NCBI GenBank assembly: GCA_963663165.1
Contig: OY760175.1
Span: 3,680,001-3,744,000 of the forward strand
DNA: 64,000 bases
Direction of reading: 5' to 3'
Source: an uncultured Desulfospira sp.
GTDB lineage: Bacteria > Desulfobacterota > Desulfobacteria > Desulfobacterales > Desulfobacteraceae
This document shows, one piece after another, positions 18,512-28,917 of this stretch; within the stretch, counting starts at the first letter, position 1; the number at the start of each line of letters is the position of its first letter. The position numbers were made by a program, and so were the translations under genes. The notes beneath the pieces are model-generated. The model was not told where the DNA came from, searched no databases, and worked only from the letters and a program-made list of their open reading frames with translations.

Positions 18512-19300
18512 ATGAGATGCCATGAAGTCGATTATGAAATTTTCGGAGACGACATGCAGACCGTAGAGGTCGAGCTGGATCCCGGAGAGACTGTTATCGC
18601 CGAAGCCGGTGCCATGAACTGGATGGAAGACGGCATTGCCTTTGAAGCCAAAATGGGAGACGGGTCCGAACCGGACAAAGGGTTCATGGGCAAACTGTTT
18701 GACGCCGGGAAAAGGGCAGTCACCGGAGAATCTCTCTTCCTTACCCATTTTACCAACCAGGGTGCCGGCAAAAAGCGGGTGGCCTTTTCCGCCCCGTATC
18801 CGGGCAAAATCATCCCCGTGGACATGAACATCATGGGCGGGGAACTGATCTGCCAGAAAGACGCTTTTCTGTGTGCGGCGTTAGGGACAAAGGTCAGCAT
18901 TGCATTTAACCGGAAACTCGGGGCCGGATTTTTCGGCGGCGAGGGGTTTATCCTCCAGAAACTGCAAGGGGACGGCATGGCCTTTATCCATGCCGGCGGC
19001 ACCATCGTTAAAAAAGAACTCAACCATGAAACCATCCGGGTAGATACCGGCTGTATTGTGGGGTTCAGCCCGGGCATTGATTATGATATCCAGCGGGCCG
19101 GCAGCCTCAAATCCATGTTTTTCGGCGGAGAAGGCCTGTTCCTGGCCACCCTGTCCGGCCATGGATCGGTTTACCTGCAAAGCCTGCCCTTTTCCCGGCT
19201 GGCCGACCGGGTCATTGCCCATGCGCCCTCTGCCGGCGGATCGGCCAAAGGGGAGGGGTCTCTTCTCGGCGGTATCGGAAGGATGCTGGACGGAGACTAG
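18512..19300 (+). CDS. TIGR00266/AIM24 family protein
   Basis: [33 protein letters not shown]. Confidence 0.9.
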   Translation: MRCHEVDYEIFGDDMQTVEVELDPGETVIAEAGAMNWMEDGIAFEAKMGDGSEPDKGFMGKLFDAGKRAVTGESLFLTHFTNQGAGKKRVAFSAPYPGKIIPVDMNIMGGELICQKDAFLCAALGTKVSIAFNRKLGAGFFGGEGFILQKLQGDGMAFIHAGGTIVKKELNHETIRVDTGCIVGFSPGIDYDIQRAGSLKSMFFGGEGLFLATLSGHGSVYLQSLPFSRLADRVIAHAPSAGGSAKGEGSLLGGIGRMLDGD

Positions 19301-19305
19301 CCCGT

Positions 19306-19454
19306 TGTTTGAACGGAAAGCCGCCCATCTGCTGCGTGACAGAAAAATTTGCAACCCTCACAACCTTTCAGGTTGCTCCGGTTGCAAATTTTTCTGCACC
19401 TTGCGTATGGGCAACTTTGTGAGCTAAAGCTCCTCTGGCGAGCCGCCCAAACAC
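19306..19454. repeat. Palindromic extragenic repeat (MITE-like), longest copy of a family also at 17879-17930, 28331-28391 and 54433-54506
   Basis: Shared ends GTGTTTGAACGAAA..CCCATCTGCTGCG and GGGCAACTTT..CAAACAC; internal CAGAAAAATTTGCAACC...GGTTGCAAATTTTTCTG stem. Confidence 0.75.
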
Positions 19455-19489
19455 GGAATCCATCACCACCAAATCAAAGGTTATACGAC

Positions 19490-19978
19490 ATGTGCAATTT
19501 TAAACGCGGGGCGACGGCTCTTTTAACTATAAAACCGGCCATTATCGCGATACTGATTTTTGGATTTCTGGCCGCCCCGGCCTCAGGGGAGCAGATCAAC
19601 TGGAAAAGCTATGCGGCCGGCATCCAGCAGGCCAGGACCCAGCACAAAAAAATATTTCTCCACTTCACGGCAGACTGGTGCGGGTATTGTAGAAAAATGG
19701 ATGCCCTCACGTTTAAAGATGCCGCCGTGATTGATTATTTAAACAAAAACTTTATCAGCATCAAGGTGAACGGGGATAAGGAAAAACAAGTTACCCAAAA
19801 TCATAAAGTCTCCGGGTTCCCGGACAACCGTTTTTATGATGCCAAACTGAACCAGGCCTTCCGTGTGCCCGGTTTTGTGGATCCCATGGCATTTAAATTC
19901 TATATGGAATATGTCAGCACGGACAGTTATAAGGATATGAGCCCCCAGGAATATTACCGGACCAAAACCGGGAAATAA
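19490..19978 (+). CDS. Exported thioredoxin-like protein (SoxW/DUF255-like)
   Basis: Signal peptide; FTADWCGYCRKM; YLNKNFISIKVN. Confidence 0.8.
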   Translation: MCNFKRGATALLTIKPAIIAILIFGFLAAPASGEQINWKSYAAGIQQARTQHKKIFLHFTADWCGYCRKMDALTFKDAAVIDYLNKNFISIKVNGDKEKQVTQNHKVSGFPDNRFYDAKLNQAFRVPGFVDPMAFKFYMEYVSTDSYKDMSPQEYYRTKTGK

Positions 19979-20019
19979 GGATGGGGGGGGTTTTTTCGGA
20001 TTCTATCCCTTGTATCGTA

Positions 20020-20535
20020 CATGAGGATTAGCCCAAGCGCTTCCACCCGTTTCGGTTTTTTCAGAAAGATGGCATTCACAATGGCCGGATCTTTCAGGAA
20101 CCCAAAATTTTTTTCGATTCCATCCTGTTCTTTATAGAGCCTGAGGAGTTCGCCCCCCGACCACTCATGCTCGTTAGCCTGGGCCGGAACGTTGGTTATG
20201 AGTACAAAACAGCCCGCTTCAAGTCTGATCTTTTCTGTTTTTTCAGGATTTTCTTCGACAGTTGCCTTCAGTTCATATTCAATGGCTTTCGGCTTCCTGG
20301 CCTCCCCTTTTTTGGGACGTCCTTTACCGTATTTTGGCACGTCAATGATCTCTGTCCGCACGTTGTAAAGACTTTTTTCTGCTGCTTTGACCAAAATGCC
20401 AGCTGCCACCTCAGCATCCGGGCAACATTTGAAGGGGTTATGAGTCGCCTCTTTGATTTTCTTTTCCAGCTGGCCTTTGTTGGTTTTTAATATTGTTTCT
20501 GACGCCTTTTATCATGGGCACTGGAGTGATATACG
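20020..20535 (-). pseudogene. IS1634-family transposase internal fragment
   Basis: HSSAHDKRRQK (separated by a stop/frame break), GCFVLITN, YKEQDGIEKNFGFLKDP..FLKKPKRVEAL; both termini missing. Confidence 0.8.
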
Positions 20536-20539
20536 GTTC

Positions 20540-20885
20540 ATTTCTCAGGGTATTCGAACAATATAGTACGGTATCTGTCACCGCCCAGGAAACCTATGGG
20601 GACCACTATTTTGAAAGGTGGGCCGGTCCCTCTGGAAATGATCTGGAAGATCCGCCGGTTACATGGCCGCAAAGATCCCTTAACGTTGAGGATGACCGGA
20701 CCATATGCCCGGTTTTCCGCGCTTTTTACAAAGGCGACTTTGACCGGGACAAAGATGTGGATGCCAAAGATTTAAATACGTTTATTCTGCATTATGAAAC
20801 CGTGCGCGCGGACCTTGACGCAAACGGCATCATAGACGATATGGACATAAAAAAACTTGCTGAGAGCTTTGGGAGTGTGCCGTAA
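20540..20885 (+). pseudogene. C-terminal remnant of a surface protein with dockerin/EF-hand-like repeats
   Basis: GDFDRDKDVDAKDL..ADLDANGIIDDMDIKKLAESFG; 5' end abuts the IS1634 fragment. Confidence 0.55.
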
Positions 20886-20982
20886 ATTTTTAAGCATCTG
20901 TCATGACAAAAGAAGCTTTATCCATTGAAAACAAAGGATATATGATGAAAACGCGATATTTTTCAAGACCCCCTTATGGCAC

Positions 20983-21597
20983 TTATTGGCGGGCCATGGC
21001 AAGCCTTGCGCCAAGCAAGGCAAATACGGCGGCAAATGAGCGCTGCATCCGCTGAACCATTTTCGGGGAGCCTGCGATAAACCGGCGGGCATAGTTGGCC
21101 AGCAGACCGTAAAGGATAAACACCACCAGGGTCATTCCCATGAACACTGCGCTCAGGCTGACAAACTGAAACATGGGGGCACCATTGCCGGGGACCACAA
21201 AATGGGGCAGAAAGGCCAGAAAAAAGATAGACAGTTTGGGGTTAAGGATGTTGATTAAAAATCCCCTGACCACTATTTTCCTCAGCCCGCTTGTCTTTCC
21301 AGGAGATTCAAGACGGATCAGGCCCGTATCCTTCCACATGCACCAGGCCAGATAAAACAGGTAAACCGCTCCCGCATATTTAACCGCCTGAAACATGAGA
21401 GCGCTGGTGTGAAGAATGGCGGACAACCCCAAAATGGAGGCCGTCAGGTGGGGAATAATGCCGGTGGTGCAGCCAAAGGCTGCGGCAATGCCGGCCCGCC
21501 GTCCCACAAAGAGTCCGTTTGAAACCGTGTAGATCACACCCGTACCCGGCACCAGAACAACAACCAGTGAAGTGATTAAAAATTCAAGGTTGATCAT
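20983..21597 (-). CDS. LysE/RhtB family translocator
   Basis: VPGTGV, KYAGAVYL, GFLINILNPK. Confidence 0.9.
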   Translation of the reverse strand: MINLEFLITSLVVVLVPGTGVIYTVSNGLFVGRRAGIAAAFGCTTGIIPHLTASILGLSAILHTSALMFQAVKYAGAVYLFYLAWCMWKDTGLIRLESPGKTSGLRKIVVRGFLINILNPKLSIFFLAFLPHFVVPGNGAPMFQFVSLSAVFMGMTLVVFILYGLLANYARRFIAGSPKMVQRMQRSFAAVFALLGARLAMARQ

Positions 21598-21717
21598 AAA
21601 TTTTCCTATATCAATAAGGGCAACAAGGTTTATAATAATCTTAAGAGCAAAATATTATCACAGCAGCTAAAAGAATGATATCCCCCACCGAATTTTGATA
21701 CCGAAAGGAAGAACCCC

Positions 21718-22734
21718 ATGAAAAGCCATTTGAAATTAAAGATAAAAACAAACGGCCTCATTGTTCTATGCCTGTTTTCTGCTTTTCTTTTTCCGGCGGC
21801 CGGTTTGGCCGGCAGCGATCCCCTGCCATCCTGGAATGGCGGGGCGGCAAAGCAGCGTATTCTTGGCTTTGTCAAAAATGTTACGGATAAACAAAGTAAA
21901 TCCTATGTTGTACCTGAAGAACGAATCGCCACTTTTGACAATGACGGAACCCTATGGTCAGAGCAGCCCCTTTATTTTCAATTTGCCTTTGCCCTTGACC
22001 GGGTAAAAGAAATGGCACCGGAACACCCGGAATGGAATGCGCAGCCGCCGTTCAAAACCGTACTTGAAGGTGATATGAAATCCGTTCTGGCCGGAGGAGA
22101 AAAAGGTATCTTTGAAATTTTGACCGCCACCCATACCGGCATGACCACCGCCGAATTTGACCAGCAGGTCAAAACCTGGATCGCCGTGGCAAAACATCCC
22201 CGCTTCAATAAGCTTTATACAGACTGTATCTTTGTTCCCATGCTGGAGTTGATCAACTACCTTAAGGCCAGCGGGTTTAAAACCTGGATCGTTTCCGGGG
22301 GCAGTATCGGGTTTATGAGGCCATGGACCGAAGATGTATACGGCATTCCCCCGGAGCAGGTGGTGGGCAGCCGGTTTGAAACCAAGCTTGAAACGAAGGG
22401 CCAGACCCCGGTACTGATGCGCCAGCCCAAACTGGAGTTTATCGACGACAAAGAAGGGAAACCGGTTGGGATCCATCAGCACATCGGCCGCCGGCCCATT
22501 GCCGCCTTCGGTAATTCCGACGGAGACCTGCAGATGCTGCAATGGGCGGCCGCAGGGGGCGGGGACCGGCTGATGCTCTATGTTCACCACACCGATGAAA
22601 TCCGGGAATGGGCCTATGACCGAAACTCTTCCATCGGCAGGCTGGATAAAGGCCTGGATGAAGCCGCCGCCAATGGGTGGGTGGTCGTGGACATGAAAAA
22701 AGACTGGAACCGGATATATAAGTTTGAACCGTAA
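21718..22734 (+). CDS. Exported HAD-superfamily hydrolase (acid phosphatase-like)
   Basis: Signal peptide; FDNDGTLW, IVSGG, GNSDGD. Confidence 0.85.
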   Translation: MKSHLKLKIKTNGLIVLCLFSAFLFPAAGLAGSDPLPSWNGGAAKQRILGFVKNVTDKQSKSYVVPEERIATFDNDGTLWSEQPLYFQFAFALDRVKEMAPEHPEWNAQPPFKTVLEGDMKSVLAGGEKGIFEILTATHTGMTTAEFDQQVKTWIAVAKHPRFNKLYTDCIFVPMLELINYLKASGFKTWIVSGGSIGFMRPWTEDVYGIPPEQVVGSRFETKLETKGQTPVLMRQPKLEFIDDKEGKPVGIHQHIGRRPIAAFGNSDGDLQMLQWAAAGGGDRLMLYVHHTDEIREWAYDRNSSIGRLDKGLDEAAANGWVVVDMKKDWNRIYKFEP

Positions 22735-22794
22735 CCGTGTTTTGCCGCCGGCCGGCTGCAGCCGGTATAGAAAGCCTGCTGCCGGCTCATAGCA

Positions 22795-23565
22795 TCAGGG
22801 AAAAATCAGCAGCTTCAGCGCAAAGGCCAGCACCGTCACATTCACCACTTTCTTAATCCAGTCATGGCCCTTGTCAATGGCCAGTTTGGGTCCGATCATT
22901 CCGCCGATGGAATTGCCCGCCGCAAGGCTGATCCCTAAAGAATAGTTGACCTCGCCGTGAAAGATAAACACGCACAGGGCAACAAAGGTATACACAAACA
23001 CCACAAACACCTTCACTGCGTTAATCCGGACCAGGTCCATCCCATGGGCCAGCAGCGCGGCAATGATAATAAAGCCGACACCAGCCTGGACAAAACCGCC
23101 GTATACACCCACAAAAAAGAAGGAAACCGAAAGGACCACTTTGCGCCAGACCCCGAATTGGACATTCTCCTGCCGCATCCGTTTCATGGGATCAACGGCC
23201 GTAAAAATCAGCACGCAGATCATGATACCGGCCAGGACCCGGTTGAACACCGCATCCTCAATACTGATGGCAAGGCTGGCCCCAACCCAGGAGCCCAACA
23301 GCGCCGTAGGGGTGCATAATATCACCAGATCCCCGGGGAAAACCCCGTGTTTGCGGAACCCCCTGATGGCAAACAGGTTCTGAAAGAAAATGGCAATCCG
23401 GTTGGTGCCGTTGGCAACCGCACTGGGCAGCCCCATAAAAATAAGCAGCGGCAGCGTCAGCAATGACCCGCCCCCGGCCAGGACATTCAAAACCCCGGCA
23501 ATGATTCCAACAAAAAAAAGAAGCGGCAGCTGCCAGTACAGCAGCAGGGTTGAGGTTTCCAGCAT
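22795..23565 (-). CDS. TauE/SafE (TSUP) family exporter
   Basis: AGGGSLLTLP, ANGTN, GVYGGFVQAGVG. Confidence 0.85.
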   Translation of the reverse strand: MLETSTLLLYWQLPLLFFVGIIAGVLNVLAGGGSLLTLPLLIFMGLPSAVANGTNRIAIFFQNLFAIRGFRKHGVFPGDLVILCTPTALLGSWVGASLAISIEDAVFNRVLAGIMICVLIFTAVDPMKRMRQENVQFGVWRKVVLSVSFFFVGVYGGFVQAGVGFIIIAALLAHGMDLVRINAVKVFVVFVYTFVALCVFIFHGEVNYSLGISLAAGNSIGGMIGPKLAIDKGHDWIKKVVNVTVLAFALKLLIFP

Positions 23566-23849
23566 GATTCTTTTCTCCAAATTCTTAAGGGGGCCCGGCC
23601 CCAATGGCTACAGCAGCCAGGCATTCTATTATCCAATGCAGGCGCCAGCATACTTGAATTTACGGAAGAGCTCAATATTCAGCGGTAGATTTGGGCTGGA
23701 CAGCTGCGGTAAAACCCTTTAAACAGAAAGGCCGAAGGTGTTTAGGCTGAAGGCTGTTAGGGTGGCCTTAACGGCTTTCATGGTTTGCTGCGGGCGTTTG
23801 GCCCGGCTGTGTTATGAGAATCAAAGGGATACAATAGGAAGAAACATAT

Positions 23850-24392
23850 ATGGCAGAAGAAATTTTTGATGTGGTTGATGAAGATGACCGGATTATCGGC
23901 GAGGCCGCCCGGGAGCAGGTCCACGGCAACCCTGAGCTGATTCACAGGGTGGTCCATGTCCTTGTTTTTAACTCAAATAAAGAACTCTACCTTCAAAAAC
24001 GGGACATGAACAAAGATGTCCAGCCGGGGAAATGGGATACCTCCGTGGGCGGCCATGTGGACAAAGGGGAGTCTTACCAGGATGCGGCCGTCCGTGAAAT
24101 GGAAGAAGAGCTTGGAATCAAAGGGGCACAGCTGAACTACCTGTACAAGTACCGGATGTGCAATGATTATGAATCCGAATTTGTGTCAAGTTACCATTGT
24201 CTATGGGACGGGGCCATTGAAACCAACCCGGAAGAAATTGAAGCAGGGCGCTTCTGGTGCCTTAGTGATATTGCCGCGCAAACGGACTCCGGGATATTTA
24301 CACCCAATTTTTTAGATGAGATTGCCCGTTACCGGGAATGTTCCGGGATGATTGACTTTGGGCAGCCCCTCGGGGTATTAGGGGAGACATGA
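23850..24392 (+). CDS. Nudix hydrolase (IDI/YfcD-like)
   Basis: HRVVHV, LQKR, GGHVDKGESYQDAAVREMEEELG (Nudix box). Confidence 0.9.
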   Translation: MAEEIFDVVDEDDRIIGEAAREQVHGNPELIHRVVHVLVFNSNKELYLQKRDMNKDVQPGKWDTSVGGHVDKGESYQDAAVREMEEELGIKGAQLNYLYKYRMCNDYESEFVSSYHCLWDGAIETNPEEIEAGRFWCLSDIAAQTDSGIFTPNFLDEIARYRECSGMIDFGQPLGVLGET

Positions 24393-26524
24393 ATATTGAA
24401 CCCATCATCAGCCGGGAGACCGGCTTGGCAGAACCCCGCATCTCAGCTGTTTTAAGTCTGCTGGAGGAGGGGGGAACGGTTCCCTTTATTGCCCGGTACA
24501 GAAAAGAGCTCACCGGTGCCATGGACGAAGTGGCCATCTCCGGGATCCGGGACAGGGCCAAAGCCTTAAAAGAACTGGACGCCAGAAAACAGGCCATTGT
24601 CAAATCCCTTGAGCAAAGAGAGCTTTATACCCGGGACTTAAGCCTTCAGATTGAAGGGGCCCTTTCCATGGCCGAGCTGGAAGATATTTACGAAAAATAC
24701 CGGCCCAAGAAACGGACCCGGGCCGCAATAGCCCGGGAAAAGGGGCTGGAGCCCCTGGCCCGGATGCTTTTAGACCCCAAAGGCATCCCGGACTCTCAAA
24801 AAGCGGTCAAAAAATTCATTACTTCTGAAGTTCCCACAGAAACAGACGCATGGGCCGGGGCCCGGGATATCATTGCCGAACAGATCAATGAAGATGCCGG
24901 CATCCGGTCAGGGATAAGGGATGTTTTCATTAAAACCGCCATGTTTCAGTCCAAGGTGATCAAGGCAAACCAGGAACAGGGGGCCAAATTCAAGGATTAT
25001 TTTGACTGGGAAGAATTGGCATTCAAAGCCCCGTCCCACAGGGTTCTGGCCATGCTCCGGGGCGCGGGCGAAAAAATCCTGCGAATTCACGTCCTGCCCG
25101 ATGAGCAACGGGCCCTGGGCCTGATTTATGCGGTTTACCCGGGCAGAAAAAACCAATGCCGGTTCAGTTCGGACCAGGTTCGCCTGGCTGCTGAAGACGC
25201 CTACAAACGGCTGCTGTCCAAATCCATTGAAAATGAGGCCATAGGACTTCTCAAGCAGAAAGCCGATGAAACCGCCGTGGCGGTTTTCAGCGAGAACTTA
25301 AGGCAGGTGCTGCTGTCTCCGCCATTGGGAGGCCAACCGGTTCTGGCCGTTGACCCGGGGTTCAGAACCGGCTGCAAACTGGCCTGCCTGGACGCGACGG
25401 GACGGCTGGTCCACCATGATGTGATCTATCCCCATACTGAAAAAGGAAAGGCTGCTGCCGGAAAACTGATCCCCGGCCTGATCAGCCGTTACCATATCAT
25501 CGCCGTGGCGGTGGGAAACGGCACGGCAGGAAGGGAAACCGAGGCCTTTTTCAGAGGACTTGGCCTGCCAAAGCATGTGGATGTGATCATGGTGGATGAA
25601 AGCGGGGCCTCGATATATTCAGCCTCTGAAACGGCCAGAGAGGAATTCCCGGACCATGACATCACCGTAAGGGGAGCGGTCTCCATCGGCCGGCGGCTCA
25701 TGGACCCCCTGGCCGAACTGGTCAAAGTGGAGCCCAAATCCATTGGCGTGGGGCAGTACCAGCACGATGTGGATCAGACCCTTCTTAAAACCGCCCTGGA
25801 TGATGTGGTGGTCTCCTGTGTCAACCAGGTCGGGGTGGAGGCCAACACGGCCTCAAAACAGCTTCTGGCCCGGGTATCCGGCCTGAACACTGCCATTGCC
25901 GCCAACATGGTCACATACAGGGATGAAAACGGCCCCTTCAAAACCCGGAAAGAATTCTTAAAGGTGCCCCGCCTAGGCCCCAAAGCCTTTGAGCAGGCCG
26001 CCGGATTCTTAAGAATTCAAGACGGGGAAAACCCTTTGGACAAAAGCGGGATCCATCCCGAGTCCTATTCAATCGTCAGCCGGATGGCCAAGACGGTGAA
26101 CGCCAGCGTGGCCCAGGTCATGAAAAACCCGGAAATGATCCGGCATATCGACCTTAAGCCTTTTATTACAGAGACCACCGGCCTGCCCACTCTCAAAGAC
26201 ATCCTCTCAGAGCTGGCCAATCCGGGCCGGGACCCCAGACAACCCTTCCAGGCATTTTCCTTTGATAAAACCATCCATGCCATCCAGGACCTGGTTCCGG
26301 GCATGGAAGTCCCGGGGCTGGTGACCAATGTTACCGCCTTTGGCGCCTTTGTGGATATCGGGGTTCACCAGGACGGCCTGGTCCACATCAGCCAGCTGGC
26401 AGACCGGTTTGTCAAAGATCCCAATGAAATCGTGAAGGTCCGCCAGCATGTCAAGGTCCGCATCCTTGAGGTGGATATCGCTCGAAAACGGATCTCCCTT
26501 TCCATGAAAGGATTGGGAACCTGA
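24389..26524 (+). CDS. tex: Tex-family RNA-binding transcriptional accessory protein
   Basis: TVPFIARYRKE, DPGFRTGCK, SIGVGQYQHD, C-terminal S1 domain. Confidence 0.95.
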   Translation: MNIEPIISRETGLAEPRISAVLSLLEEGGTVPFIARYRKELTGAMDEVAISGIRDRAKALKELDARKQAIVKSLEQRELYTRDLSLQIEGALSMAELEDIYEKYRPKKRTRAAIAREKGLEPLARMLLDPKGIPDSQKAVKKFITSEVPTETDAWAGARDIIAEQINEDAGIRSGIRDVFIKTAMFQSKVIKANQEQGAKFKDYFDWEELAFKAPSHRVLAMLRGAGEKILRIHVLPDEQRALGLIYAVYPGRKNQCRFSSDQVRLAAEDAYKRLLSKSIENEAIGLLKQKADETAVAVFSENLRQVLLSPPLGGQPVLAVDPGFRTGCKLACLDATGRLVHHDVIYPHTEKGKAAAGKLIPGLISRYHIIAVAVGNGTAGRETEAFFRGLGLPKHVDVIMVDESGASIYSASETAREEFPDHDITVRGAVSIGRRLMDPLAELVKVEPKSIGVGQYQHDVDQTLLKTALDDVVVSCVNQVGVEANTASKQLLARVSGLNTAIAANMVTYRDENGPFKTRKEFLKVPRLGPKAFEQAAGFLRIQDGENPLDKSGIHPESYSIVSRMAKTVNASVAQVMKNPEMIRHIDLKPFITETTGLPTLKDILSELANPGRDPRQPFQAFSFDKTIHAIQDLVPGMEVPGLVTNVTAFGAFVDIGVHQDGLVHISQLADRFVKDPNEIVKVRQHVKVRILEVDIARKRISLSMKGLGT

Positions 26525-26628
26525 CGATCGGGTGTCCCCTTCTTTAACCCCGGGGGGTTTTTGGCGTTGACGCGCAGGCAGGACTTCACTACTATAGCGT
26601 CATGAACATAACTTAAACAGGAGGCTGA

Positions 26629-27084
26629 ATGTCTATATTTCTCGTGCAGCATGGACTCAGTCTGCCCAAAACGGAAGATCCTGAAAAAGGCCTGTCTGAC
26701 AGGGGGCGGGAGGAGACCTTGAAAATTGCCGGGGTGGCAGCCGGTTATGGCGTTAAAATTTCCAAAATTTTTCACTCCGGGAAAAACCGCTCAGAACAGA
26801 CCGCCCTGATCATGGCAGAAACCCTTAGCCCCGGCCTTGATATAGAGTTTCTATCGGGAATATCGCCCATGGATGATGTAAAGATTCTCGGCAACCGGCT
26901 TGACCCTGGTTCCGGCCATATGGTGGTAGGCCATCTCCCCTATATGGAAAAGCTGGTCACATATTTGACTTCAGGCCGGGAGGAACCCAAGGTGTTAAAA
27001 TTCCAGAATTCCGGAATTGTCTGCCTGGACCGGGATGAATCCGGCTGGTTCATCCGCTGGACCCTGAATCCGAACATTTCCTAG
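26629..27084 (+). CDS. sixA: Phosphohistidine phosphatase SixA-like
   Basis: LVQHG, HSGKNRSEQTA, VVGHLP. Confidence 0.8.
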   Translation: MSIFLVQHGLSLPKTEDPEKGLSDRGREETLKIAGVAAGYGVKISKIFHSGKNRSEQTALIMAETLSPGLDIEFLSGISPMDDVKILGNRLDPGSGHMVVGHLPYMEKLVTYLTSGREEPKVLKFQNSGIVCLDRDESGWFIRWTLNPNIS

Positions 27085-27088
27085 TAGA

Positions 27089-27162
27089 ACAAAAAAGCCC
27101 TGGCCAAAAATAATTTGATCAGGATTTTTAGAAAAACAACCCGGCAGGGTTCTACTCTCCCA
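27089..27162 (-). repeat. Degenerate copy of the 5S rRNA 3' end plus the rrn terminator
   Basis: Direct repeat of 37527-37598 (aaaagccctg..aataatttgatcagg..ttttagaaaaa.aacccggcag.gttctactctccca). Confidence 0.85.
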
Positions 27163-27181
27163 AGTGAGACACCCTTATAGC

Positions 27182-27324
27182 CCACACCAGCCAATTGGTC
27201 GACCGGTTTGTCACAGATATCCCAATCAAATCGTGCAGGTTCGCCGGCAAGTAAAAGTCCGCGTCCTTGAGCTAAAGGTCTTACAAAAACGGATCTCACT
27301 TTTTATTAAAGCGTTGGGATACTG
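27182..27324 (+). pseudogene. Degenerate duplicate of the tex 3' end (S1 domain)
   Basis: Aligns with 26383-26523, with substitutions and a 2-nt insertion; encodes PNQIVQVRRQVKVRVLE..KRISL. Confidence 0.8.
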
Positions 27325-27561
27325 GTGCTTAAATTATTGGGGATATACACGCTAAACAAGTGATGGCGTATTTGCCTGCCTAAATATTTTTCCATATAAT
27401 CTTTTTCTATACAAACCCTAGTCCTTCTCTCATAAATTCTCCCTATACTCTGTTCCCGTTGGCCAACAAGCCTGTAGGATGGACAGGCTGTAAGGGTCTT
27501 CAAACGGTTGATCGATTTTTAGGGAAATTTTTTGCTGAATTTTTAATAAAAGGACAAGACA

Positions 27562-28305
27562 TTGAAAACCATAAAGTTTGTATTAACACCTCTGTTAGGC
27601 CTGTTCTTTGTGTTTCTAACAGCCTCTTTCACATTTGCTTCATCCAGTTATTTGTATGGAGAGGCTGCCGCTGGAATTGATTATGATTACATTTCCATCT
27701 CTTATACCGGCAGCTACGACCTGACCAACACGTCTCTTTTGGCTACAGCCGGGATTACCGGGCAGGATGAAATCCAGGATTCCGAGAACGCTGAACTGGA
27801 ATCCGCTGCCGGCACCTATTATGCCTGGGGGGATGCGGATATCAATGACGATACCATGGATTACCAGGATATTTACACTTTTGTCCAGGTTTCCGGAGAT
27901 GACGTTTATGGGTACAGCCAGGCCAGTGCCGGTTATTTTGGAACCTTTAAGGCCCTGACCGATGGGACACTGAAGATTTCCATTGATTATTATCTTTACT
28001 ATAATGTTCAGGCCGGTACGGCTCAGACAGTCACCTCCACAGCATCCGTTATTATCAGCATTAATGGGGAGCAGTCCGTTGAGTCCCTGTCCTTTACGGC
28101 AGTTGACGGTGATTCAGGTGCATGGGAAACCGAATGGGAAACTTTAAGTTTCTCTTATGACCTGACTAAAGGACAGATCGTTGATTTTTACATCATGAGT
28201 CTTTCTGAAACAACCGCAAGCCCGGTACCGGTTCCTAATGCCGCCCTGCTCATGGGCGCCGGCCTTGCCGGTCTCCTGGGGATCAGGAGAGCTACCAGGG
28301 CTTAA
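27562..28305 (+). CDS. Exported protein with VPLPA/PEP-CTERM-type sorting signal
   Basis: Signal peptide; C-terminus PVPVPNAALLMGAGLAGLLGIRRATRA. Confidence 0.85.
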   Translation: MKTIKFVLTPLLGLFFVFLTASFTFASSSYLYGEAAAGIDYDYISISYTGSYDLTNTSLLATAGITGQDEIQDSENAELESAAGTYYAWGDADINDDTMDYQDIYTFVQVSGDDVYGYSQASAGYFGTFKALTDGTLKISIDYYLYYNVQAGTAQTVTSTASVIISINGEQSVESLSFTAVDGDSGAWETEWETLSFSYDLTKGQIVDFYIMSLSETTASPVPVPNAALLMGAGLAGLLGIRRATRA

Positions 28306-28644
28306 CTCTTTTAATTCATCCGTATAATTAGTGTTTGAACGAAAAGTTACCCATCTGTGCCTCGCATCCGGGCAACTTTTCGTCCAGACACGAGTTTTCA
28401 GTCAGACACGAGTTATGGGGCAGGCTTTGGGCCGCCCCTGTTTTTGCTAACATTTCAACTGAATTTATCAAAAAACTAACCTTATTTTTATGAGAAAATA
28501 GAACTTTTCATCCAATTTTCTTTATAAGCTAACATAATAGATTATTATCATAGAACTATTTTTTATACCAACCAAAATTTTGCTTGTCTGGACAAATCTC
28601 ATTGTGCGCTAATTCCTTACTAATAAGCTAGTGATAAAAGCACA

Positions 28645-28732
28645 AATAAGCAAGAAAAAGCCACACCCGGGGAAACCCGGGGTCGGAAAGCCAGGGGCCC
28701 TGCTCTTGTCAGATAGTCAGAACTGCCCGCGA
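28645..28732 (+). ncRNA. GEMM-I (cyclic di-GMP-I class) riboswitch-like element
   Basis: GCCACACCCGGG-GAAA-CCCGGGGTCGGAAAGCC...GATAG...TGCC; P2 and junction fit the consensus, P3 pairing is weak. Confidence 0.55.
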
Positions 28733-28917
28733 ACCATGGACCTGGACGTTTATAACGTATCCATCCCCAGGGACCGGTGTTGCGGTGTTCTGTGCATCTG
28801 ACAGACATGGCCGCCGGCTGCCTGCTTTGTCCGGCCCACCGGATAAAGATCGTTCCACCTTTGAAATCATCAAGCTAACTATTTTAAATTAAAGGAAAAG
28901 AGAGAAGGATTAAGATT

